NCBI RefSeq assembly: GCF_006345805.1 | Contig: NC_043012.1 | Coordinates: 7,378,001 to 7,442,000, forward strand | Direction of reading: 5' to 3' | DNA: 64,000 nt | From: Octopus sinensis | Lineage: Eukaryota | Shown here: piece by piece, positions 53,739 through 64,000 of the stretch | Numbering within the stretch: the stretch's first letter is position 1 | How the letters are laid out: each line of letters starts with the position of its first letter | The notes under the pieces: model-generated | What the model saw: only the letters and a program-made list of their open reading frames with translations | The model's database searches: none | What the model was told of the DNA's origin: nothing | Position numbers and translations under genes: made by a program

Positions 53739-54164
53739 ACACCCTAGTCACATTAGCGACAATTATAATTCTCCTTTTAGGTGAAATATTACAAACTGCT
53801 GTTTATATTAATTTTATATGTAGACATTAGCGAATCGCTAAGTCATCCAATAATTTGGATAGAGAAGATATAAATACTAATAGCGAAGCGGATCCGGAAA
53901 AAACCGAACGACCGAGCGGGCTTAACTGATGAGGCAACGGAAATTGACGAAACTGACGTCAGCATTAAGAATTCCCGATCGGCATATTTCCGGACAATTA
54001 TGGTCTCTGTTAGTGTATATGTTTTCATTCATGTGCGTAAACTACAGCATTAGAACGCTTTAACTCTTATTTCTAGCAATGTAGATGTTTCCTAACACCC
54101 TAGTCACATTTAGTGACAATTATAATTCTGTTTTTGGTGAAATATTGCAAACGGCTGTATATAT
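53739..54164 (+). mobile_element. Retrozyme-like unit 1: 356-bp period, ~70-bp diverged direct repeat, hammerhead at 53921-53969
   Basis: ACACCCTAGTCACATT..GCTGT at 53739 and 54095; CTTAA-CTGATGA-GGCAA/TTGAC-GAAA-CTGACGTCAG-CA-TTAAG. Confidence 0.7.
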
Positions 54165-54165
54165 A

Positions 54166-54222
<57 letters not shown>

Positions 54223-54224
<2 letters not shown>

Positions 54225-54746
54225 AGAAATATTAAAATTACTAAGTCTCTATAAAAGAGAATATGGCAGCGTTTACTGGAAATTAATTGTTATCGCCATA
54301 TTAATATGGCATTCTTATAGATATAAGAATAATCGCTGCCATGGTCAGCTCCATGAGGCCACCGCCATCAAGATAGCTATTGATACACGATCTGTATCCA
54401 TTATAACCTTCGAACAAGGGAGGTCAGCCGCTTCACACTGCCAGTCCGACAGCTACAGACGCGTTTCGGGGTATTGCCCCTTGTCAATGTAGCGCAGTCA
54501 GACCCGCAGGTGTCGCCACTGACGTCTCTGTATATATTTACCTAGTTTATATTTACCTAGTTTCATTGGAATACATCCACTTGTTTTCAATAATAGAAAT
54601 ATTAAAATTACTAAGTCTCTATAAGGTTATAATGGATACAGATCGTGTATCAATAGCTATCTTGATGGCGGTGGCCTCATGGAGCTGACCATGGCAGCGA
54701 TTATTCTTATATCTATAAGAATGCCATATTAATATGGCGATAACAA

Positions 54747-54751
<5 letters not shown>
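54223..54751 (-). mobile_element. Retrozyme/mini-Penelope-like unit 2: 370-bp period, 32-bp direct repeat, 129-bp inverted copy
   Basis: 54223-54254 is identical to 54593-54624; 54282-54410 is the exact reverse complement of 54623-54751; (TA)n on both sides. Confidence 0.8.
54452..54493 (-). ncRNA. Type I hammerhead ribozyme with compensated U3:A8 core
   Basis: Minus strand GCUACA-UUGACAA-GGGG CAAUA CCCC-GAAA-CGC-GUC-UGUAGC. Confidence 0.85.
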
Positions 54752-54782
<31 letters not shown>

Positions 54783-55517
54783 TGTGTGTGTGTGTGTATT
54801 TATGTATTTTGAGATCTTCTCTCGGTTATGAGTCTCGCAATGTTTAAGCGTATATATACATATATATGTGTCGATGTAATCGACTTAATCCCTTTGTCTG
54901 TCCTTGTTTGTTCCCTCTATACCAAAGACTATAAAATAGTCTTTAGTACATTGGTATAACGTGGAGGCACATGGCCTAGTGGTTAGAGCAGCGGACTCGC
55001 GGTCGAGAGATCGCGGGTTCAAATCTCAGACCGGGCGATGTGTGTGTTTATGAGCGAAACACCTAAGCTTCACGCTTGAATAAAATCATAATTAACCGGT
55101 CCTCCTGTATCTCCTTTTACTCAATGCCAGGAACCTTTCAGCAGCCCTTCCTGTATATACATGTATATAACTATTTCTTTACTACCCACAAGGGGCTAAA
55201 CACAGAAGGGACAAACAAGGACAGACAAACGGATCAAGTCGATTATATCGACCCCAGTACGTAACTGGTACTTAATTTATCGACCCCGAAAGGATGAAAG
55301 GCAAAGTCGACCTCGGTGGAATTTGAACTCAGAACGTAACGGCAGACGAAATAGCGCTAAGCATTTCGCCAGGCGTGCTAACGTTTCTGCCAGCTCGCCG
55401 CCGGTATACATGTATATAACTGCATACACACACGTAGGCACACGCGTGCACACATACACACACATGCATATCTATATGATCTCTCACGTGATAAAGACGA
55501 TTCAAAAACCGTGATAC

Positions 55518-55737
55518 CTTCTCCCAGCTTCCGATACCCCACCGGGCTGGACATTCAGCTGAACTGATGCAAACTTTGAGCATTTTCGGCATGGGGTTAA
55601 GACAAAATTTATTGGCCACTGCTGAGAATTGTCTTTTGTCACCCTGGGTACCTTCTTCGACACATGCCACAAGACGTTGCTGGGTACTGTCCCCACAGGT
55701 AGGTTGACAAGGTGTATATTCATCCAGGTTGTACCAA
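55518..55737 (-). CDS. ADAMTS-like exon: TSP1 repeat
   Basis: 220 nt, TTTCTAG..GTATCA; WYNLDEYTPCQPTCGDSTQQRLVAC..CISSAECPARWGIGSWEK; splices in frame to CSVSC of the next exon. Confidence 0.9.
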
Positions 55738-56139
55738 CTAGAAAGAAATGGAAGAGATCAAAGTTAGAATTGAATGGAACAAAAAAGATTAGAAACTTAG
55801 CGCTTATTGTGCATGTCTCCAATGGTGCGGTTGATTTTTTTTTTTGTGGGGGCAGCGGTTAAGTACGATACTGGGGTGCAGGTGTGGTTTTACGGGTAGG
55901 AAGTTTGCTTCACAACCATGTAGTCTTGGGTTCAGTTCCACTTCACGGCACACTTGAGCAAGTCTATTTTTACTACTGCCTTGAGCCGACCAAAGCTTTA
56001 TGAGTGGATTTGATCGACGGAAACTGAAAGAAGCCTGTCGACGATAATGATGTCGAAGAATATGAGGATGGTGAAAAATGTATTCGCCTTTTAAATCAGT
56101 TTATCAACCTGTCTATCTGACTGTCTCTATCTGCCTATC

Positions 56140-56505
56140 TCTTTTACTTGTTTCAGTCATTTGACTGCGGCCATGTAGGAGCACTGCCTTTAGTCGAGCA
56201 AATCGGCCCCAGGACTTATTCTTTGTAAGCCTAGTACTTATTCTATCGGTCTATTTTGCCGAACCGCTAAGTTACGGGGACGTAAAGACATCAACATCGG
56301 TTGTTAAGCGATGTTCGGTAGATAAACACAGACACACAATCATATATACACAGACATACATATATGTATATACATATATACGACGGGCTTCTACCAAATC
56401 CACTCACAAGGCTTTGGTGGGCCCGAGGCTATAGTAGAAGACACTTGCCCAAGGTGTCACGCAGTGGGAATGAACTCGGAACCATGTGGTTGGTAAGCAA
56501 GCTAC
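56140..56505 (-). mobile_element. SINE family A
   Basis: Reverse complement of the family A body and tail. Confidence 0.85.
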
Positions 56506-56721
56506 TTTATTTCATGAAAGATTCGCCATTACGGCATTACATAGAGGGGACATACAAATACAGACAAACATATAGGGTGTAGTAGCTTAAAACGTTGGTG
56601 ATTACAATAAAATATATATAATATTTACAATATAAAGTTTTAAAAATTTGGTATTATACAGTAGGGCACGGATCCCTGCCATCCGGGTAGAACCTTTACT
56701 TCTTGATCCGGCCACACTTAC

Positions 56722-56829
56722 CTGGTGCCAGATATACCCAGCTTGCACGCTACAGACTTCCATCTTTTCGCAAACATATCTCGTGACAGACACCTCTTCT
56801 CCAGCCTGATCTTACTACCGAGGTGGTAA
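56722..56829 (-). CDS. ADAMTS-like exon (probable second half of a TSP1 repeat)
   Basis: 108 nt, TTTTTCAG..GTAAGT; the only open frame (YHLGSKIRLEKRCLSRDMFAKRWKSVACKLGISGT) ends in phase 2, matching the next exon. Confidence 0.65.
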
Positions 56830-57028
56830 CTGAAAAAGTTGACCAACCCCTGGCCGGATACAAAGGTAACCACACAGCCACTCCTGCGCCTATACGTACA
56901 TACATACATATGTGTGTGTGTGTGACTGAGGGTGCCGAGGTACCTATGTTCAGCATCCCCAGTCACATTTAGTGACGATAAAATGTTTCCTTTATGGTAT
57001 TATATTGCGCCTAGCTGTTTATAATGAC

Positions 57029-57091
<63 letters not shown>

Positions 57092-57484
57092 AGTATATCC
57101 GTTTTCTTAGCAACGTACGTGCGTACCTACATATCTACCCACTTATCTACCTACCTATCTAACTTGTCTGTCTGCCTACCAGCCAACCAACGAACCAGCC
57201 ACCCAACCGCCCTACCTACATGTCTGCGTATCTGTATGTACGAGTGAGTGTATGTACATATGCATGTATGTATGCATTTATGTATGCCCATAATCTGGAA
57301 TGTCAACTGTGTACCTGAGGAAATGTCAAGTCAGTCAGTACAGATGTTTAGGTGTGAAGGTTGTAAAAGGGGCGGTGGGGGGATAATTAGACGGGGGTTG
57401 GGGAGAGATATAATGATGAAGAAGAAGCGAGATTGTTAGAGATACAGATCCAGTCACAAAAAAATATACAAATGTGTTTGTGTA

Positions 57485-57522
<38 letters not shown>

Positions 57523-57796
57523 GTGTGTGTGTGTGTGTGTGCGTATGTGGATGTGTGTGTGAGCGCGCGTGTGTTCTTTTACTCCTTTAATTGATTCTGT
57601 CATTAAACTGCGGTCATACTGGAGCACCACCTTGAGGGATTTAGTCGAACAAATCGACCTCAGAATTTATCATATACATATACATCGAAGACGGTGCCCC
57701 AGAATGGTCGCAATTTAATGACTGAAGCAGATAAAAGATAAAGATATATACATATACACACATACCTACCCACCTACAGGCATACATATATATGTA

Positions 57797-58210
57797 AGGC
57801 CCAGGAGTGGCTGTGTGGTAAGTAGCTTGCTTACCAACCACATGGTTCCGGGTTCAGTCCCACTGCGTGGCACCTTGGGCAAGTGTCTTCTACTATAGCC
57901 TCGGGCCGACCAAAGCCTTGTGAGTGGATTTGGTAAACGGAAACTGAAAGAAGCCTGTCATATATATGTATGTATGTATGTATATGTGTGCGCGTGTATG
58001 TTTGTGTATCTGTGTTTGTCCCCCTGGCATTGCTTGACAACCGACGCTGGTGTGTTTATGTCCCCGTCGCTTAGCGGTTCGGCAAAAGAGACCGATAGAA
58101 TAAGTACGGGCTTACAAAGAATAAGTCCTGGGGTCGATTTGCTCGACTAAAGGCGGTGCTCCAGCATGGCCATAGTCAAATGACTGAAACAAGTAAAAGA
58201 GTAAAAGAGT
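57797..58210 (+). mobile_element. SINE family A, full length
   Basis: Head, central block, internal microsatellite and (GTAAAAGA)n tail. Confidence 0.9.
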
Positions 58211-58511
58211 ATATATGCATACATACATACATACATACATACATACATACATACATACATACATACATACATACATACATACATACATAATTCTTTCTAT
58301 TATAGGCACAAGACATAGAATTTTTTGGAAAGGGCTAGTCGTTCACATAGACCCCAGTGTTCCACTGGTACTTAATGTATCAACCTCGAAATGATGAAAG
58401 GTAAAGACGACTTTGGCGGAATTTGAACTCTGAACGTAAAGACAGACAAAATGCCGCTAAGCATTTCGCCCGGCGTGCTAACGATTCTGCCAGCTCGCCA
58501 CCTTAAACACA

Positions 58512-58610
<99 letters not shown>

Positions 58611-58879
58611 GAGAACGGAAGACAAACAGGCAGATAAAGTGCATGATTGAGGGAGGCAGAGAGAATAAGAGAGAGAAAGAGAGAGAGGAGAGAGAGAGAA
58701 AGAGAGAGAGAGAAAGAGAAAGAAAGAGAGAGAGAAAACAAGAAAACCAAAGGTTTGTTACAGATGCTGGTGATTGTGATGATGATGGTGGTTGTTTTGG
58801 TGGTGTGGTGATGATGGTGGTGGTGATGATAGTGGTGACAGTAGTAAATATAGAGGAGGATATAGTAGTGACAGTGGTA

Positions 58880-59335
58880 GTGGGGGAGAGCGAACGAGGG
58901 GGGAGAGGAAGAGGTGAGAGAGAAGGAGGGGAGAGCGAAAGAGGGGAGGAGGAAGAGGTGAGAGAGAAGGAGGGGAGAGCGAAAGAGGGGGAGAGGAAGA
59001 GGTGAGAGAGAAGGAGGGGAGAGCGAAAGAGGGGGAGAGGAAGAGGGGAGAGAGAAGGAGGGGGAGCGCGAAGAGGGGGGAGCGAAAGAGTGCGGAGAGG
59101 AAGGGTGAGAGAGAAGGAGGGGAGAGCGAACGAGGGGGAGAGGAAGAGGGGAGAGAGAAGGAGGGGAGAGCGAACGAGGGGGAGAGGAAGAGGTGAGAGA
59201 GAAGGAGGGGAGAGCGAACGAGGGGGAGAGGAGAGGGTGAGAGAGAAGGAGGGGAGAGCGAACGAGGGGGGAGAGGAAGAGGGGAGAGAGAAGGAGGGGA
59301 GAGCGAACGAGGGGGGAGAGGAAGAGGGGGAAGAT
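58880..59335. repeat. Purine-rich ~42-bp minisatellite (GAGAGAAGGAGGGGAGAGCGAA.GAGGGGGAGAGGAAGAGG)
   Basis: About 10 tandem variants. Confidence 0.85.
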
Positions 59336-59954
59336 GACGAATTCCCCTCTCCAACCCGTGAAATATATATGCTAGAGTGTGGAGGGGAAGTGTAACGGAG
59401 GAAAGGCGGCGGAGGGGGAGGGTGCGGGTGAGATTACGTCGGGAGGAGAGGAGAAAAGAGGAGCAACAAATCACGTGACGGCCGTGACACGCTGACACGT
59501 GTCATCAGTATGAAATAGACAAACGTGTTCCGTTGAGAAGGTATTTTAATTATCACATGGGGGATTTCAAGCAGATGCAACTAAGGAAAACGTAAACAAC
59601 GCTGTCTGCTACTCAGAGTACTCTGAAACGGGTTCGATCCTCGGTAATCACGATAATTTTCACTTTTACTATTTCCTTTGAGAAAGGCGTTAATGTCACA
59701 ACATCGCTTATCTACGCGCCAGACCACCTCCACTTTGGAACAAATATACTCAAAATGAAAGACCTTCTACATTTATATGTCATACTGGAGCACCACCTGG
59801 AGGGATTTAGTTGAACAAATCGACCTCAGAATTTATATACATCCAAGACGGTGCCCCAGAATGGTCGCAATTTAATGACTGAAGCAGATAAAAGATAAAG
59901 ATATATACATATACACACATACCTACCCACCTACAGGCATACATATATATACAT

Positions 59955-60390
59955 AGGCGCAGGAGTGGCTGTGTGGTAAGTAGCTTGTTTACCAACCACA
60001 TGGTTCCGGGTTCAGTCCCACTGCGTGACTCATTGGGCAAGCGTCTTCTACTATAGCCTCGGGCCGACCAAAGCCTTGTGAGTAGATTTGGTAAACGGAA
60101 ACTGAAAGAAGCCCGTCGTATATATGTATATACATATATATGTGTGTGTTGTGTATGTGTGTGTATGTGTGTGTGTGTATGTTTGTGTGTCTGTGTTTGT
60201 CCCTCAACATCGCTTGACAATCGATGCTGTTGTGTTTAAGTCCCCGTAACTTAGCGGTTCGGCTAAAGAGACCGATAGAATAAGTACTAGGCTTACAAAG
60301 AATAAGTCCTAGTGTCGATTTCTTGGACTAAAGGCGGTGCTCCAGCATGGCCACAGTCAAATGACTGAAACAACTAAATGAGTAATAGAG

Positions 60391-60391
<1 letters not shown>
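59955..60391 (+). mobile_element. SINE family A, full length
   Basis: Same layout as 57797-58210. Confidence 0.9.
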
Positions 60392-60422
<31 letters not shown>

Positions 60423-60528
60423 TGTATGTATGTATGTATGTATGTATGTATGTATGTATGTATATATATATATATTGACCGCTAACTCCAAAAGTTTTTT
60501 CATTCTGTCTGTTTATTTCTTCGTGTTC

Positions 60529-60564
60529 CTTTCTGTTGAAGAGCGTAGGCTCGAAACGTAAAAG
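60529..60564 (+). ncRNA. Minimal type I hammerhead-like motif (A6U variant), paralog of 42800-42835
   Basis: CTTT-CTGTTGA-A-GAGC GTAG GCTC-GAAA-C-GTA-AAAG; the ~90 bp downstream is also homologous. Confidence 0.65.
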
Positions 60565-60653
60565 ACTTTCTCACCTTCTCGAGCGTCAAACTAATACACC
60601 TGCTTGTTGTTTATACACCGGTCTTCGTCATTTGTTTTTCTGTAAATTTCAAC

Positions 60654-60684
<31 letters not shown>

Positions 60685-60685
<1 letters not shown>

Positions 60686-60837
60686 ACTGGCATAGGCAAC
60701 CTTTTCCAAGAAGCGGGCCGCATGAGACAGGAATCATCATTAGGCAAGTGGTTGTGCAACTAAGAATATTCAAAGTAATTCTTCTTTGTTTTGTATTATT
60801 TAGAAACTCCAATGGGCCGCAGTTTGCCAATAACTGA
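60685..60837. mobile_element. hAT/Charlie-like MITE
   Basis: Ends GGCATAGGCAACCT..GCGGGCCGC and GGGCCGCAGTTTGCC...CTG. Confidence 0.5.
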
Positions 60838-61029
60838 TATACATGTTAATAAGAGGGAGTGTGTACATATGTGTGTGTGTGTGTTAAAAAATGAAAGACA
60901 ACATAACAAAAAGACAAGATAATAGTTAATGTATTCGGCTCACACTCAAAGAAATATATAGATATCGATAACGTTTCGGGTGCAAGTCTTTCCTCATATA
61001 TATAGAGAAACAACAAAAGAAAATAAGAA

Positions 61030-62638
61030 AACATTGAAGAGAACTGGAGACGCGATTACTCGAATTGGATATAAGTTTGAAGCAGATGGAACTGTTCAGA
61101 GCGTCCGTATGAAACGTTATATGAAAAACCGAGAATATTGATGAACCTCACAAAACAAGAAAGAGTGTCCGTAACATATTGTAAGGGTTGAAGAACATCT
61201 GCAAAACAAGCGAGTTGTGAGATAAGAATTTCAAAATCAAGAGTCCATTGCATTTTGAAGCGCTGCCGTTAGGAAGATTGCATTCCAAGAATAGTCCATG
61301 CTTTCAGTGAAGATGATCCAGATCTAGGAGTGCAGTTTTGCGAGTGATACTTGGGAAAATGTGCAGAATTTGCACAGTTTCCATCAAAGAGTGTTTGGAG
61401 TGATAAGGCGACCTTTAAGTTATAAGACTCATTCAACTGTTTCTGTGTATTACGGAGGGACATCTTGTTTATTTACCAGGAGCTACAATTTAGTGCGGCT
61501 TATCATCAAGTTGATTAACTGAACTTGTGGCTGGTTCCGTTTACTTGAACCTCCTGCGATAATGACGAGCTTTCGAGAGACCTTCGAAAATGTGGAGTTT
61601 ATTCCCTGCAAGGTTTGTTGATCTTTGTGGTTCCATTGCGTCGCCTGACCAGCAATGTCTGGACCAAAACAGTCATCAGTTGGAAAATCAGCGTTCATGA
61701 AAAACTTTAATTCTGTGTGCAGATTCTATTGAATTTTGAAAATGAAATATATTTTAAAATAATTTTTAGCAAACACTGAGTTTATAATCCCACATTACCA
61801 CGGTAATGTAAGTGCTTACCTTAATGAGTTTTGGTCAAACAGGTGAATTGAACGAAGAGGTTCGGTAGAATACCCTACGCATTCACCTGACCATTCACCA
61901 CTAGGTTTTTTTTTATGGGGATAATAAAATAAGATAACGTTTACGGCACAAAACCGGAAACAGTTAACGAGCCGAGGGTGGCCATTGAATCGAAATGCAA
62001 CAAATACCGAAGGAAAGGTTTGTTGATCTTTGTGGTTCCATTGCGTCGCCTGACCAGCAATGACTGGACCAAAACAGTCATCAGTTGGAAAATCAGCGTT
62101 CACGAAAAAGTTTAATTCTATCTGCAGGTTCTATTGAATTTTGAAAGTGAAATATATTTTAAAATAATTTTTAGCAAACACTGAGTTTATAATCCCACAT
62201 TACCACGGTAATGTAAGTGCTTACCTTAATGAGTTTTGGTCAAACAGGTGAATTGAACGAAGAGGTTCGGTAGAATACCCTACGCATTCACCTGACCATT
62301 CACCACTAGGTTTTTTTTATGGGGATAATAAAATAAGATAACGTTTACGGCACAAAACCGGAAACAGTTAACGAGCCGAGGGTGGCCATTGAATCGAAAT
62401 GCAACAAATACCGAAGGAAAGGTTTGTTGATCTTTGTGGTTCCATTGCGTCGCCTGACCAGCAATGACTGGACCAAAACAGTCATCAGTTGGAAAATCAG
62501 TGTTCACGAAAAAGTTTAATTCTATCTGCAGGTTCTATTGAATTTTGAAAGTGAAATATATTTTAAAATAATTTTTCAGCAAACTCAGAGTTTATAATCA
62601 TTTAGTATGTGTTTAGTTTTGGTGAGAGACACCCCGTA
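61030..62638 (+). mobile_element. Tc1/Tc3-like transposon remnant with a tandemly repeated ~404-bp 3' segment
   Basis: KFEADGTV, EDDPD..VQFCE, WSDKATFKL, RRGSVEYPTHSPD.SPLGFF; terminus GAGACACCCCG-TA; repeat starts at 61610, 62015 and 62419. Confidence 0.8.
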
Positions 62639-62680
62639 TATATAAAGTAGTAGTGTATAGTATATGAAGTTGTTGCCCAC

Positions 62681-62783
62681 GGGTATATGACGTAGTGGTT
62701 AAGACCGCGGGCTACTAACCCCAAGATTCCGAGTTCGATTCCAGACAGTGACCTGAACAACAACAACAATAATAATAATAATA
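62681..62783 (+). mobile_element. Short tRNA-derived SINE or tRNA pseudogene with (AAC)(AAT) tail
   Basis: A box TGACGTAGTGG, anticodon-arm-like GGGCTACTAACCC, B box GAGTTCGATTCC. Confidence 0.6.
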
Positions 62784-63159
62784 AAGTTGTTGCTTATACG
62801 TCAAAATATTTGTAGTTGTTTTTGCCTGGTCTCATGTCCGATTGAGGAAATTTATGATCATCGGTATTCCACTCATGACTTATCAATCTTCTAAAATATT
62901 CCTTGTTAGACAGTAAGGAGTGGTTTCAAGGAGATTTGGTTGCTATTTCTAACAAATCGAGTGACCACATATTGGCTTTCTCTATGTTTAATCATGTGTT
63001 GGTATTCATTGGTATTGACACAGATACACATATCACACTCACACATACACACACACATACATACATAGATACATACACACATACATAGATACATACCATA
63101 CATACATACATAGAATATATATATTATATATATTATATATATTAATATATATATATATA

Positions 63160-63207
<48 letters not shown>

Positions 63208-63316
63208 ATGTATGTATGTATGTATGTATGTATGTATGTATGTATGTATGTATGTATGTATGTACGTGCACTCACAAATGCCTATATACAAACACACATA
63301 CATGTTTTGTTTCTGC

Positions 63317-63482
63317 GTTGCTATGGAAACGGATAAGAGGCGAATTGATAAACTCCCGGCTGTACTTTTAAAGACCGAAAGAAAAAAAGCATCGCTCCTT
63401 CATCAAATAGTACGATAAACCGCAATTTCCTGCGAAAAAAGCCGCCATGACTAAGTTGCCAAAGAATTTATAAGATGGCCGC
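63317..63482. promoter_or_regulatory. Candidate promoter: RFX X-box plus two YY1-like motifs
   Basis: GTTGCTATGGAAAC (63317-63330), GCCGCCAT (63441) and AAGATGGCCGC (63472) in a locally CpG-richer patch. Confidence 0.45.
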
Positions 63483-63521
63483 TTCAGATTTGGTAGTTTG
63501 TTTTCTTCTCTTCCGCCTCTC

Positions 63522-63605
<84 letters not shown>

Positions 63606-64000
63606 TGTTATTATTGTTATTATTATTTTGACGCTTACTGATCGGTAGCATAGATTAGGTCTTTCTAGAATGTATGAAAGAAAGAAAAAATTCTGTGATA
63701 TTGTGTTACCAATAAAGGAACTGGATATTTACAGGAAATATACTAAATGATATCGTTGTTTTAATCAGTGTTCGCTTATTCTTTTATTCTTTAAATTCGC
63801 TTATTTGGTTCAATCACTGCACAGCAACCATGCAGAAAGCATGCTTTGAATTCAACTAATATTTTTTATCAGTTCTTTTTGTTTTTTGTTTAGTGGTCTT
63901 CGTCGAGCAGTTAAGGTCTGTGGGCGTAAACAGACCAGCACAGGTTATGAAGTGGTGGTGGTAGGAAAACACAAGCAGAAACAAAAAGCACACAGACATA

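Noticed and set aside
54961-55035. Functional tRNA gene
   Set aside because: No acceptor stem or terminator; it continues into the SINE C body.
58643-59498. Glu/Arg/Gly-rich and Pro/Leu/Ser-rich ORFs
   Set aside because: Translations of the purine-rich minisatellite.

Overview
AT-rich, microsatellite-dense animal genomic DNA. The SINE families look like those I recall from Octopus (inference, not verified). It is mostly intronic/intergenic and has a 100-N gap at 48040-48139. The only well-supported host gene is three minus-strand, in-phase exons of an ADAMTS-like/punctin/MADD-4-type protein (TSP1-TSP1-Ig-TSP1; 56829-52459). There is also one candidate CUB-like exon at 20488-20148. The rest is a patchwork of tRNA-derived SINEs, CR1, RTE and Tx1 LINE pieces, a deleted Gypsy element, Tc1/mariner elements, a Helitron-like element, a 5S pseudogene and an interstitial telomeric array with a higher-order satellite. 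Several Penelope-like element (PLE) fragments are also present. The most striking signal is six or seven hammerhead-ribozyme (HHR) motifs between 39.5 and 61 kb. Two of them lie in adjacent ~360-370 bp non-coding, highly structured, terminally redundant units (retrozyme/mini-Penelope-like) inside an ADAMTSL intron. One has a compensated U3:A8 core and a perfect 129-bp inversion. All alignments and folds were done by eye, and many frameshifts may be assembly errors.
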